Below are positions 41,107 through 50,752 of a stretch of 64,000 nucleotides of DNA, one piece after another. The DNA comes from an uncultured bacterium (GTDB taxonomy: Bacteria > Zixibacteria > MSB-5A5 > JAABVY01 > JAHJOQ01). The notes under the pieces were generated by a model. It worked only from the letters and a program-made list of their open reading frames with translations, ran no database searches and was not told the origin of the DNA. A program made the translations under genes and the position numbers. The DNA lies in the NCBI GenBank assembly GCA_965369655.1, contig CBDUQR010000006.1, positions 1 to 64,000 on the forward strand, written 5' to 3'. Every line of letters starts with the position of its first letter. Within the stretch, counting starts at the first letter, position 1.

Positions 41107-42951
41107 TCAACTCAACTCCATATCAAATTGCATCTGTTTGTCCGCAATTCTGTCAGCGCTCTGCAGTATCACCGACCCGGTGTTCTCGCCCATCCAGAGG
41201 CCGTTCCTGAGTCTCGGTTTGAAATCATAGATGCAAATGCCTCTCTCCTGCTTCAGTCCGCACGATTCACATACCGAACGACCCTGCGGCACGAACCATT
41301 CCATGCCAGGCGCTTTAGGATTGTCTATCCTGCGAATTACTTCTTCAGCGACAGCTTCCGGTTCGACATCGTGAGAGAGGCGCATGCGTCTCTTGATAAC
41401 TTTCCTGTCCCAGTAGTGGTTGAAATTCCACTCGAATATCCCGCCGCCAGCATTCGGTTTGACAAAACTGATGACCTCGCCCGTAGTCTTCTCCGAGCAG
41501 AGATATGTGAACCTCGCCTGCGGCAACACGCACTTGTCGGGTATGCCCGCCCATACGGGAGACTCATCTTCTTCGCAAGTGTGGATCACAATCTGCGGAG
41601 TCTCGACAAGCGGCGCAATCATGGCCGACACGGCGGTCGATGTCGAGATCAACAGATCAGCCTTCGAGAACAGCAGCACCTCGTCGTATGCGGCAATGCG
41701 TCCCAGATCGGTCACGTTTTTTCCACTCACGAGCTGATCCGGCTGCTCCTGAAAGCCATAAAACGTGAAGAAGTGAAGGTCATCTCTCTCAGTGTTGAGA
41801 ATGTCCACAACCTTCTGATACTTCTCGATATCCCATCCCGAAATCTCCCACGGAATCGACATGTTTGGTCTGCGGGTCGGGATGAACATCATGATCTTCT
41901 TGTGGCCTTCAGCCTTCGACAGAATTCTGTCAGTCTTTCTAATATCACTTTCCGTGTAATTGAAACGCAAACTCACGCCTTGCTCGCGCACGCGGTCCCA
42001 TCCGTCCGGGCCGTCGAAACCATCGATGAACTTGCCCGGTTTCCATTTCTCATCGACATCGAATGCGCCTCGCAGGATGATATCGTACTTGTGATCGTTG
42101 AGCGGAACAGATGGATTCTCGACCGTCTTCTCGGTCACTTCGTCGACTGTCTCCGCAATCTCGAATAACGGTTTCTCGACATTGCCTGCGGCATAGGCGA
42201 TATAAGCGCCGGGATACTTAGCCTTGAATATCGCGGTCAGCGGATACGACAGCAGCGAGTCGCCAAATACGCGCGCGGTCGACTCGACCAATATCCTCGG
42301 CGGACGCTCCGCAGTAGGTCGTGTTCCGCCCCCAAGGCACGAGGGGGAGAAACGCGACACATCTGTCTTGCTGTCTGGGAGTCGGGTTTTCGGTCGCTGA
42401 TCCCGATCCCGAGGGACTGGCAGGCTTCGCCTGCTGTGGAACACCGACCTACTGGAGTGTGCAGACTTGACATTGTACGCCCGCACGCAGAGATTCTGCG
42501 CATGGATGTCATGCAACGGCTCAACCCGGTCGAATCCAGCCTTCAGGAGAAATTCAGACAGAAGCCACCAATCGTATGCGAAGTAATGATAATTCCCCGG
42601 ATAATTCTGCTCACCGTACAACCACCCGATCAAGTGGTACTTTCTCTCCGGGTTCTTGTCGATATCGGGAAGCTGCAAATACTGTTCGGCGATATACAAA
42701 AGATTTGGACACCAGATAGTGATGGGCGCACCCGGTTTCAGCACGCGTCGCCACTCACGAATGACATCCATAGCCTGATCTCGCGTGAAGTGCTCTATGA
42801 CGTGGCGCGCGGCAAGCTCATCCACAGAGGCATCGCCAAATGGCAGACTGCGCACATCGGCGACATATTTAACGCCGGGAAGCGGACGAGCATCCAGCCC
42901 GTCGAATCCCTCTATCTTGTTGTCACCGCATCCGAGATCGATTCTCAACAT
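41107..42951 (-). CDS. SAM methyltransferase fused to a GT9-like domain, with a REP-derived linker
   Basis: N-terminal 'RIDLGCG...LPFGDASVD...HVIEH...RVLKPG'; C-terminal 'FGDSLLSYPL...KAKYP.A.I...ADLLIST'. Confidence 0.8.
   Translation of the reverse strand: MLRIDLGCGDNKIEGFDGLDARPLPGVKYVADVRSLPFGDASVDELAARHVIEHFTRDQAMDVIREWRRVLKPGAPITIWCPNLLYIAEQYLQLPDIDKNPERKYHLIGWLYGEQNYPGNYHYFAYDWWLLSEFLLKAGFDRVEPLHDIHAQNLCVRAYNVKSAHSSRSVFHSRRSLPVPRDRDQRPKTRLPDSKTDVSRFSPSCLGGGTRPTAERPPRILVESTARVFGDSLLSYPLTAIFKAKYPGAYIAYAAGNVEKPLFEIAETVDEVTEKTVENPSVPLNDHKYDIILRGAFDVDEKWKPGKFIDGFDGPDGWDRVREQGVSLRFNYTESDIRKTDRILSKAEGHKKIMMFIPTRRPNMSIPWEISGWDIEKYQKVVDILNTERDDLHFFTFYGFQEQPDQLVSGKNVTDLGRIAAYDEVLLFSKADLLISTSTAVSAMIAPLVETPQIVIHTCEEDESPVWAGIPDKCVLPQARFTYLCSEKTTGEVISFVKPNAGGGIFEWNFNHYWDRKVIKRRMRLSHDVEPEAVAEEVIRRIDNPKAPGMEWFVPQGRSVCESCGLKQERGICIYDFKPRLRNGLWMGENTGSVILQSADRIADKQMQFDMELS
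42313..42453. repeat. REP-like inverted doublet inserted in frame (141 bp, 47 codons)
   Basis: AGTAGGTCGTGTTCC ... GGAACACCGACCTACT. The right ~110 nt differ from the 34113 copy by about 8 substitutions and a 1-nt deletion. Confidence 0.9.
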
Positions 42952-42957
42952 GGCATC

Positions 42958-45900
42958 CTACACGTTTTCAAGAAAATTCGTTAAATGGTAGATCAGATCC
43001 TTCTCATTCCACCACTCGCGGAACCAGTCATAAGTTCGCTTCTGTTCGGCTTCGAGCCGCTTCGGATTCGCGACGAAATCTCTGATGATCTCATAGACTT
43101 CTTGTTCCGTCGAAGGCGTATACCATGGCAGCTCATTGGTTCCGATTGAATTAGCGATGCACTTCCTGCCGAACTCGTCGAGATGCACGATATTGATCAT
43201 GCCGAGCGCAGAGTTCTCGACAGACGACAGGCAGTAATAACCATCCCCGATCTGGAGTTGATCGAATGCGATGCTACCCTCTCTCTTCAGAGCAATCGCT
43301 TCGGCGAATCCCATATTCTCACACAATTTGAATTCAACATTTGGAAATTCTGAACTGATTCGCCTGCCAAGTGACTCATAGATGTCAGTATTCTTGAGCG
43401 GTCTGTCGGTCGGCGAATGGATCACCGTAATATTGTCACCGACTTTGATATCGCGATTATATCTCGGGTTTTCGAGATCGATCAGTATCGGAGTATACAC
43501 CGAGCCGGGCATGTTGCGATGGATGTCGGGCTGACACGTGATAATCGGCCAGCCTTTCTGACGGTACAGATCAAGATACCACTGGTAGTTTCGCCTGATC
43601 GATGTCGAACCGTAGAAGAACACTGCGCACTTCTTATCCTGCGTGTACTGTTTCCAGTTGATTTCGCCGAACGGAACATCATCGGTATCGAAATAACGCG
43701 AATCAAACTGCGACACACCGGGCGCTACCGCAGCCGAGAACAGCAGCACATCAGCTTCCTCGGCAACCTGTTTCGCCTCGCTGAAATCGGAGAGAGTCTG
43801 CTCGCCGCCCCATAATGTTTTCTTCAACACGATGTCGGAATCAAAACCGCGCGATTCCATGTGCGTGATGATTCTCATTTCATGCGGAGTGTAGCGTTCG
43901 ACTGCCTTTTTGAACATTGCGGAAATTCCGCCCGGGTCAATCACGCCGATCCATGCAATCTTCAGCCCCTTTTTTGTGGCTGGTCGATTTGCAAACGGCT
44001 TACGCGACTGATTCAGATTCTCGTTGTCTTTGTATTCCTTCTGCCATGTCTTCATGTAGCCGCGATATGTCTCCCAGTGCTTTCTTGTGTCTATCTGGCC
44101 CGCAACGTTGTCGTCGTGGAGACGGTAATAGAGCAACGGCTCATTCATAAACCTGATCTTGTAGAAATGCGCGATCTTGTGCCACATCGCGCCATCGGCT
44201 GTGTAGCCGCGCCGACCGCCGAGACCCTCATCGAACCAGCCGACCTTGTCGATACATTCTCGCTTGAACATCACAGAGCAGCCGTTTATCGGATTGCGTT
44301 CAAAAAGCCCCTCAATCTCCCTGTCCTCTTCGAGCGGCTGCACATTCGCCTGCTCACCCCTGATGGAGTTGCGGTCGATGTAATGAAAATCCGAGTAGAC
44401 CATCGCGATGTCCGGGTTCTTGTGCAAAAACTCAATCTGCTTCTCGATTTTCTCAGGCATGTAAACATCGTCGGATGAAAGCCACGATATGAAATCGCCC
44501 GATGACGCCCTAATGCATGAATTGAGCGCCGCGGAAACGCCCCGGTTGCGATGATGCGACAGAACTGTGATCATTTCTTTGTACTTGTCGAGAATGGTCT
44601 GCGTATTGTCGGTCGAGCAGTCGTCGCAGACGATTATCTCGCAGTTGTCATAGGTCTGCTTCAGTGCCGACTCGATCGCTTCTTCGAGATACTCAGCCCT
44701 GTTGAATGTCGGTATGACGATCGACACCTTACCGTAGTCGACATTGCTCTTCTCGACATGATCGGGAATAAGCTTCGCTCGTTTGATCGGAGCCTGAGCG
44801 TTTTGTGTCTGCGGTACTATCCTCAGCGATCCTATCATGCTGTTGAATTCGTCGATCTGTCTTTCCATCGAGAATCTCTTCTCGATGTAGCTCCTGTTGT
44901 CCATTGCGAGCTTCGGTCGGTCGGATGCGAGCAGCCGAGTAACCAGCCGTGCGCACTCGTCAGGCGTGTCGAACAGGTACTCTCCCGGATAGATATTCTC
45001 GGACCCGGGCCAGGCATGAACAAGTGGGAGGACTCCCGAGGCCATCCCCTCGGCTATCGAGTAATGGAACGACTCGAACAGAGATGTCGAGATCACGAAA
45101 TCTTTATCACGCAGATACGCGGGGACATCATCGACCCAGTTCTGAAAATGGACCGGGATGTTCAGGCGTTCGAGCATGTGATCGAAATAGACTTTGATCC
45201 TCGGGTCCTGATGTTCTCCCGCGATGAAGAATTCGAACTCGGGATCAACATCATGGATCGCCTTGAAACAGTGCAACAACAGCGCGGGGTTCTTCTTGTA
45301 ATTTATGTATCCGAGCGAACAGACTCTCTTGCCGTATGTTTTGTTTTCGGGAATCGTGAACTTGCCGGTGTCGACTCCGTTATGGATGATCGTCTTCTCG
45401 GCGGGTATACTGTGATACGTGCTGAGCACATCAGCGACATTCTGGTTCACCAGTATCAGCCTGTCGACTTTGCTCCAGTCAACATGTGCCGGCATCTCGG
45501 TGAACGCCTCATAGGAATGCAGCCTGCAGATAATCCTGCATGTTTTCGGAAGTTTTGTGGCCTCGATAATCAACTGATCGCACCATTCGAACCATGCCAG
45601 GTCCGCCCAGCGCATCAGTTCAGCTATCTCCTCCGTTGTCTTCCCCGCGAACTTCCTGATTTCGTTGTGCGCGGAGAGATGTCTGAGGATACCGCTCGCA
45701 AATGATTCCTGCGTGCTGAAGAATGCAATCTTCAGATTGCGAGTGATGTAGTCCGGAGACGTTACCGCATCACCGGTCGGCCGATCGCCAGTTTTCCCAC
45801 TCGAAATGGCATCGTGGAACAAGTCTCTCCACTTCGCGATTCTCGGACTCTCCGGCACGAGATCGAGGAATTCTTCTGCCGACTTCAGACCGTTCTCGAA

Positions 45901-46413
45901 CCGCTGCTGTTCGAGACAGAACTCGCAATAGTTTTCTAATGCCTTCTCGAAGAACGGGTTTTTCTCAAGCGCCGCCCTGAATGCCTTTTCTGCATCATCG
46001 GGCTTCTTTGCATGGGCGAGAATGACTGCAAGGTCGTTGTACCCTTCGGCTTCATCCGGAGAGAGTTCGACAACCCTGGTAAAAGCCGCCTCGGCCTGGG
46101 ATAATCTTTCGAGCGTTGCGTTTATCAATCCGATGTTGTGAAATACGTTCCTGTCGTTCGGACAGATTCCAGCCGCTTTCTCCAGATGCTCAAGCGCCTC
46201 CTCGAACTTCTCCAGCTTCACCGCCAGCGCACCGGCGGTCGTGAGGACATCGACAGCCTCAGGCAACTTCCTGGCAAGAATTGAAAGGTAGCCGTACGCA
46301 TCCTGGAAATGCTTCGCCTTGATGTAGATATCTGCGAGATCTAAGTAGCTCTGGTAATCCTCAGGAGATTCGGCAATCCTTGCCTTCAGGTCGGCAGTCT
46401 TCTCCGCGTCCAT
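42958..46413 (-). CDS. Multidomain TPR-GT4-GT2-(GT-B-like) glycosyltransferase
   Basis: N-terminal TPRs; GT4 'IIHNGVD...KKNP...STSLFESF.YSIAEGMASG'; GT2 'VSIVIPTFNRA...DDCSTD...WLSSDD'; C-terminal 'VIHSPTDR..KNT...FDQL' module. Confidence 0.9.
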   Translation of the reverse strand: MDAEKTADLKARIAESPEDYQSYLDLADIYIKAKHFQDAYGYLSILARKLPEAVDVLTTAGALAVKLEKFEEALEHLEKAAGICPNDRNVFHNIGLINATLERLSQAEAAFTRVVELSPDEAEGYNDLAVILAHAKKPDDAEKAFRAALEKNPFFEKALENYCEFCLEQQRFENGLKSAEEFLDLVPESPRIAKWRDLFHDAISSGKTGDRPTGDAVTSPDYITRNLKIAFFSTQESFASGILRHLSAHNEIRKFAGKTTEEIAELMRWADLAWFEWCDQLIIEATKLPKTCRIICRLHSYEAFTEMPAHVDWSKVDRLILVNQNVADVLSTYHSIPAEKTIIHNGVDTGKFTIPENKTYGKRVCSLGYINYKKNPALLLHCFKAIHDVDPEFEFFIAGEHQDPRIKVYFDHMLERLNIPVHFQNWVDDVPAYLRDKDFVISTSLFESFHYSIAEGMASGVLPLVHAWPGSENIYPGEYLFDTPDECARLVTRLLASDRPKLAMDNRSYIEKRFSMERQIDEFNSMIGSLRIVPQTQNAQAPIKRAKLIPDHVEKSNVDYGKVSIVIPTFNRAEYLEEAIESALKQTYDNCEIIVCDDCSTDNTQTILDKYKEMITVLSHHRNRGVSAALNSCIRASSGDFISWLSSDDVYMPEKIEKQIEFLHKNPDIAMVYSDFHYIDRNSIRGEQANVQPLEEDREIEGLFERNPINGCSVMFKRECIDKVGWFDEGLGGRRGYTADGAMWHKIAHFYKIRFMNEPLLYYRLHDDNVAGQIDTRKHWETYRGYMKTWQKEYKDNENLNQSRKPFANRPATKKGLKIAWIGVIDPGGISAMFKKAVERYTPHEMRIITHMESRGFDSDIVLKKTLWGGEQTLSDFSEAKQVAEEADVLLFSAAVAPGVSQFDSRYFDTDDVPFGEINWKQYTQDKKCAVFFYGSTSIRRNYQWYLDLYRQKGWPIITCQPDIHRNMPGSVYTPILIDLENPRYNRDIKVGDNITVIHSPTDRPLKNTDIYESLGRRISSEFPNVEFKLCENMGFAEAIALKREGSIAFDQLQIGDGYYCLSSVENSALGMINIVHLDEFGRKCIANSIGTNELPWYTPSTEQEVYEIIRDFVANPKRLEAEQKRTYDWFREWWNEKDLIYHLTNFLENV

Positions 46414-46494
46414 GAAAGACCTTCTTCCTATTTGAATACATCGATATCAATCCAGCATCGGTTAGGGCTGCGATTCCTATTCCGGCAGCCTGCA

Positions 46495-46974
46495 TCAAAT
46501 CTGTACCGCCAGCGCAATCCGCTGCTGTTTCTTACCGACTCTCTTGTTGAGTTCGTCGATTACGTTGTGACATATGGTGTACGGTCCGTTCACAAACACA
46601 ACCTGTTTGCCAAGCCCTCTGTCCGTGTTGATCAGCAGCGGACCCTGCAGGTTCGCCGACATCTGCGAAATGTCCCTGGGAATCGTCACTATAACATAGG
46701 TTTCGACATTCGAATCCTCGGATACCCCAATGTCTGCGAGTTCCTTGATATGCAGTTCAATTTTGTAGTTCGGAAAGAAGAAGATCGGATTCACTATCAC
46801 AAACGCAATGTTTGGATCATCAAGGGACTGCAACCACTGGAACGGCTCGGAATCTTCGCGCTGCAATATCACATACTTGTGAAATTGCTCGAATCCGAGC
46901 AGTCCTTTCGGAAAATCAATGATCTTCTCTTCCGGAATCTCCAGTTCGCCGAATCTGAGTGTTACGATCTTCAT
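46495..46974 (-). CDS. fliW: Flagellar assembly factor FliW
   Basis: Motif 'T.RFGE...IIDFPKGLLGFE...F.WLQSLD...SANLQGPLLIN'. Confidence 0.95.
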   Translation of the reverse strand: MKIVTLRFGELEIPEEKIIDFPKGLLGFEQFHKYVILQREDSEPFQWLQSLDDPNIAFVIVNPIFFFPNYKIELHIKELADIGVSEDSNVETYVIVTIPRDISQMSANLQGPLLINTDRGLGKQVVFVNGPYTICHNVIDELNKRVGKKQQRIALAVQI

Positions 46975-46981
46975 ATCACCC

Positions 46982-48928
46982 CTATCTCAAGAAATCGAGT
47001 AGTGTCGGTTGAATTATTTTGCCTGCGGCCTGGAGAGCAGCATGATAGATATTCTCCTGCTGTGCCAGGTCGGCAACGAGCCTGATAATATCGGCGTCTT
47101 CTACCTCGGAGAGAAGCTTCGTAAACTCCAGGCTGTATTCCGTCAGCCTTATCTCGGTAGTCTGTAGTCGAATGAGCTTTGCGCCCGCCGACGCGCGATG
47201 GTTCAATGTTTCATCTATGCTGCGATCAAGCCCCTCGATTACCGAGCTGATGGATTCTGCGTCGTCGTTCCGCAGAGCATTCATCAGAACCATCAGGTTG
47301 CCCATCACATCCGGCGAGCCGGAAATGCCAAGGAACTTCGCAGGCTTGCTCTCCGTGACGTCTTCTATGATCAGCGTTCTCGTCGGATCGGTATTTTCAA
47401 TCGAGATGCCCTTGCCTATCGAGTTGATCGAGGCATTGATCGAGAGTCCGGTCGTGTTGAAAGCATTGATCAGATCCTGCAGAGTAACAAGCGGCAAAGC
47501 CCCGAGATTGAGTTGAGTTGACGTGTCGCCCTGCTTGATCATCAGGGTATCGAGAACTGCTCCGAGTCCGTTGTTCAGAAGCGACAGCGGCGTAGTCAGG
47601 GTCAATATCGGATCGAGGTCCTCCCCTACATGGGCGATATTGAATGATCCGAGCAGCCCGAGGTCGCCTGCGGTCGTTTCGCCGGGAGCGTTCTCCTCGA
47701 CCCTGAATTCCGGTAGTGGATTGAGATCCCCTCCCACGAGCAGAGCGCCGATGTTTCCCGAAAGGCCCAAGTCTTCGGCGGTCGTGTTGCCCTGCTCAAA
47801 CTCCGATATCATCAGGCCGAGCGGCACGCCGTTGTTGTCCTGAATTTGCAGCCCGGTGCTCGCAGCGTTCAGCGAGACTACAACATTGTTGACCTGCGGA
47901 TCCGGATGCGATTGAAGCTCGTTGTTGATGGCATTTATCACATCGTCCAGATTCAATGCTGAACTGAGATCGATTTCGATCCTTATCGACTGATCTGCAT
48001 TCTGAATAATAAACTTTGGCGGATTCATGTCCACACCCATGCCATTGTTCAGATTTTCGAGTGGGGTGACAACGCTCACTTCAGGCCGCGCCGTTCCGGT
48101 CAGTTTCAGATTGTTGCCTTCGAGTCCCAGCGCCACAATCAGATTTGTGATATCATTGGGAGGCGACGCCGGTAACTGCGCGTTGATCTCGTTGATAACG
48201 TCACCGACCGTCACTGCAGCGGAAATGTCGACGTTCACCGTTATCCCGAGGTTCACATCCACGAACCTGACGATCCCGGTCGAGAGATCGACGCCGTTTC
48301 CTCCGTTCAGTTCGGACAATGGCGTGGCGGCGTCGATACCCGCATTCAGATCGCAATTGTCTCCGAGCAGACCGAATGGCGCCGTCAACAGACTCGATCC
48401 AATCGTGTTGATGGAAATGCGAGTATTGGTTTCGATCTCGATGTTTATGCTTCCATTGTCGCCCTCGTAGACAACCCCAAGACTCGTGGAACGGAACGCC
48501 GTCGTAGTCGTCATCTGTCCGGAGAACAAGTACCTGTTGCCGAGCTGCGTGTTGCCCGACTGAAGCATCTGGTCGAATATGGATTCTATCTCGTTCGCAG
48601 CGGCGCGCCGAGCTGTACTATCATAGTCGGCATTCGCGAGTTGAACCGCGATCGACTTGGCGTCGATCAGAAGGCTGTTCATATCCGCAACTGCAAGATC
48701 GACATGAGACAGCCATGACTTCGCGTGCATAATATTTTTCTGGTACTGCTCGAACTGAGCCAGCCTCGATCGGTAGCCGAGACCTTTGATCGTACCGATC
48801 GGGTCGTCGGACGGTCTATTGATCCGCCGACCAGTCGACATCATATTTTCGAGTACCATGAACCGGTCAATGCCCCGCGAAAGGTTGGCAATTACCTGGT
48901 CCGAAATCATCTTGTTTGTTACTCTCAT
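46982..48928 (-). CDS. flgL: Hook-associated protein 3 FlgL (long form with internal repeats)
   Basis: N-terminal 'MRVTN...STGRRINRPSDDP' and C-terminal 'LSEVEDADI...Y.AALQA.GKIIQPTLLDFLR'. Confidence 0.95.
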   Translation of the reverse strand: MRVTNKMISDQVIANLSRGIDRFMVLENMMSTGRRINRPSDDPIGTIKGLGYRSRLAQFEQYQKNIMHAKSWLSHVDLAVADMNSLLIDAKSIAVQLANADYDSTARRAAANEIESIFDQMLQSGNTQLGNRYLFSGQMTTTTAFRSTSLGVVYEGDNGSINIEIETNTRISINTIGSSLLTAPFGLLGDNCDLNAGIDAATPLSELNGGNGVDLSTGIVRFVDVNLGITVNVDISAAVTVGDVINEINAQLPASPPNDITNLIVALGLEGNNLKLTGTARPEVSVVTPLENLNNGMGVDMNPPKFIIQNADQSIRIEIDLSSALNLDDVINAINNELQSHPDPQVNNVVVSLNAASTGLQIQDNNGVPLGLMISEFEQGNTTAEDLGLSGNIGALLVGGDLNPLPEFRVEENAPGETTAGDLGLLGSFNIAHVGEDLDPILTLTTPLSLLNNGLGAVLDTLMIKQGDTSTQLNLGALPLVTLQDLINAFNTTGLSINASINSIGKGISIENTDPTRTLIIEDVTESKPAKFLGISGSPDVMGNLMVLMNALRNDDAESISSVIEGLDRSIDETLNHRASAGAKLIRLQTTEIRLTEYSLEFTKLLSEVEDADIIRLVADLAQQENIYHAALQAAGKIIQPTLLDFLR

Positions 48929-48984
48929 GATTCAACTCGTCTCTCTGAGATTTCCCGTCTATCGCTTACAATTGGCTTGAGCCG

Positions 48985-49308
48985 TTACTCCGAAGGTCGC
49001 TTGCCCTGCCGGTTCGATTTGTCGCCCGGCTTATACTTAATATCGGCCTTCTTGTCGTCATCTTTGATTTCGCCCTTGTACTTATCTCGCAACAGCCTTA
49101 CGACGCTGCCAAGATCTTCCTTCTCGGAATTCGACGCCTTCCTGTTCTCGTTCTGGATCTTGACGTAGATTTCCTCTCGATGCACAACGACTTTCAATGG
49201 GGCTTCGATACCGATTCGTACCTGCCTGCCGTAGATTCCGAGGACGGTTACCTTGATATTGTCCCCGATCGTTATGCTCTCTCCCAACTTCCGTGTCAGA
49301 ATTAGCAC
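48985..49308 (-). CDS. csrA: Carbon storage regulator CsrA with C-terminal extension
   Basis: Motif '[16 protein letters not shown]...[20 protein letters not shown]'. Confidence 0.97.
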   Translation of the reverse strand: MLILTRKLGESITIGDNIKVTVLGIYGRQVRIGIEAPLKVVVHREEIYVKIQNENRKASNSEKEDLGSVVRLLRDKYKGEIKDDDKKADIKYKPGDKSNRQGKRPSE

Positions 49309-49332
49309 TTTGTCACCTTTCTCACCCGGTCA

Positions 49333-50727
49333 CTACCTTGTGACTCCCATGCCACCGATCACGACACCCAATGCCTCATCCATAAACGTAATGACTCTCG
49401 CTGCTGCCGCGTAGGCATGCTGAAATTTGATAAGATTCGCCATCTCCTCATCCAGCGACACACCCTGCACCGATTGTCGCAGGTTCTCTATCTGTTCAAC
49501 AAGAAGCGTGTAGTTACGCGTTTGATCATCAGCTTCCCTGACCCGTATCCCGATCGTGCCGACCATCGAGCTGTAGAACTCCCCGATAGTCGCTGTGCCG
49601 TTATTCATGACGCGATCTACCTTCAGTATGTTAGCTATTGCGAGCGCATTCGACCCGTCGCCCGGCGCTCCGCTCTGCGAGACGGCAATCAGGTTCGGCT
49701 CGTTTTCGATCTCAACATTGAGCGTAATCTGATCGGCATCGGTAAGGAAGGGATCGAAGAAGTTGATTCCGGTTGTCACACCGTCGAGAGCATAACCCGA
49801 ACTGTGCTGATTGTTTATCTCCCGTGCCACCGTCTCAGACAGCGTATTGAGGTCTGAGATATGCCTGGGGATGATCTCGTCGCGCAATTCGAAGAGGGCT
49901 CTCATTTCGCCGTTGAGAAATCCAATCTGGATATCCGTCTTTTCCCACACTATCTCAGTCTGCGTAGTGTTGTTCGCCCCAACTATACGCCCTTCCAGAG
50001 GCAGGAGATGCGTGCCATTGACAAACCCCATCGAACCGATATAGACATTCACTCTTCCGACATGATCCTCTCGCGTGTTCACGTCTGCGTACTGCGAAAG
50101 ATTGTCGATCAGGAGGTTTCGTCTGTCACGTAAATCGTTCGCTTTCTGAGTGCCGAGTTCGGCGAAGGCAATCTGCCTGTTGAGATCGGCAATCTCAGCC
50201 CCGAGATTGTTTATCTCACTGAGCCTGCTCTGGATATCCACATCGAGGGACTGTGCAAGCTGCGATAATTGACTGTGAGTCTGATGAAAGGCATTGGTCA
50301 GCAGGTGCGACTGTTGTACCAGAGCTTCTCTTGTTTCCGGAGCCTCCGGATTGCTCGCCAGATCCTGCCACGCGGCCCAGAAATCGTTCAGTATCGCGCC
50401 AAGACCCGAATCACTCGGCTCATTGAGATAGCTCTCGATCTGGACGAGAGTGCGCGCCTTAGCGCTCCACCTGCCCAGATTCTGATTCTCATCCCGCCAC
50501 CTGTTCGTCAGGAAGTGATCGCGGACGGATTCGATTGACACAACGTCGACTCCGGCGCCAACCGGTCCCCTGACAGTATCAAACGGCATCGATGGCGACA
50601 TCAGGACACGTTGTCGTGTGTAGCCGGGAGTATTCACATTCGCGATGTTGTGTCCGGCTGTGTTGAGTGCCAGTTGGTGCGCGAGGAGAGCTTTTTTTCC
50701 TGTCTCTATTCCCTGAAACAGTGACAT
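49333..50727 (-). CDS. flgK: Hook-associated protein 1 FlgK
   Basis: Motifs 'GHNIANVNTPGYTRQ', 'NDLRDRR' and 'SVQGVSLDEEMANLIKFQHAY.AAAR'. Confidence 0.97.
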   Translation of the reverse strand: MSLFQGIETGKKALLAHQLALNTAGHNIANVNTPGYTRQRVLMSPSMPFDTVRGPVGAGVDVVSIESVRDHFLTNRWRDENQNLGRWSAKARTLVQIESYLNEPSDSGLGAILNDFWAAWQDLASNPEAPETREALVQQSHLLTNAFHQTHSQLSQLAQSLDVDIQSRLSEINNLGAEIADLNRQIAFAELGTQKANDLRDRRNLLIDNLSQYADVNTREDHVGRVNVYIGSMGFVNGTHLLPLEGRIVGANNTTQTEIVWEKTDIQIGFLNGEMRALFELRDEIIPRHISDLNTLSETVAREINNQHSSGYALDGVTTGINFFDPFLTDADQITLNVEIENEPNLIAVSQSGAPGDGSNALAIANILKVDRVMNNGTATIGEFYSSMVGTIGIRVREADDQTRNYTLLVEQIENLRQSVQGVSLDEEMANLIKFQHAYAAAARVITFMDEALGVVIGGMGVTR

Positions 50728-50752
50728 CCGATACCAGATCCTTTCCTATGGG

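Noticed and set aside
41029-45705. Long plus-strand ORFs (379 and 384 aa) within the glycosyltransferase island
   Set aside because: They are antisense shadows of well-supported minus-strand genes.
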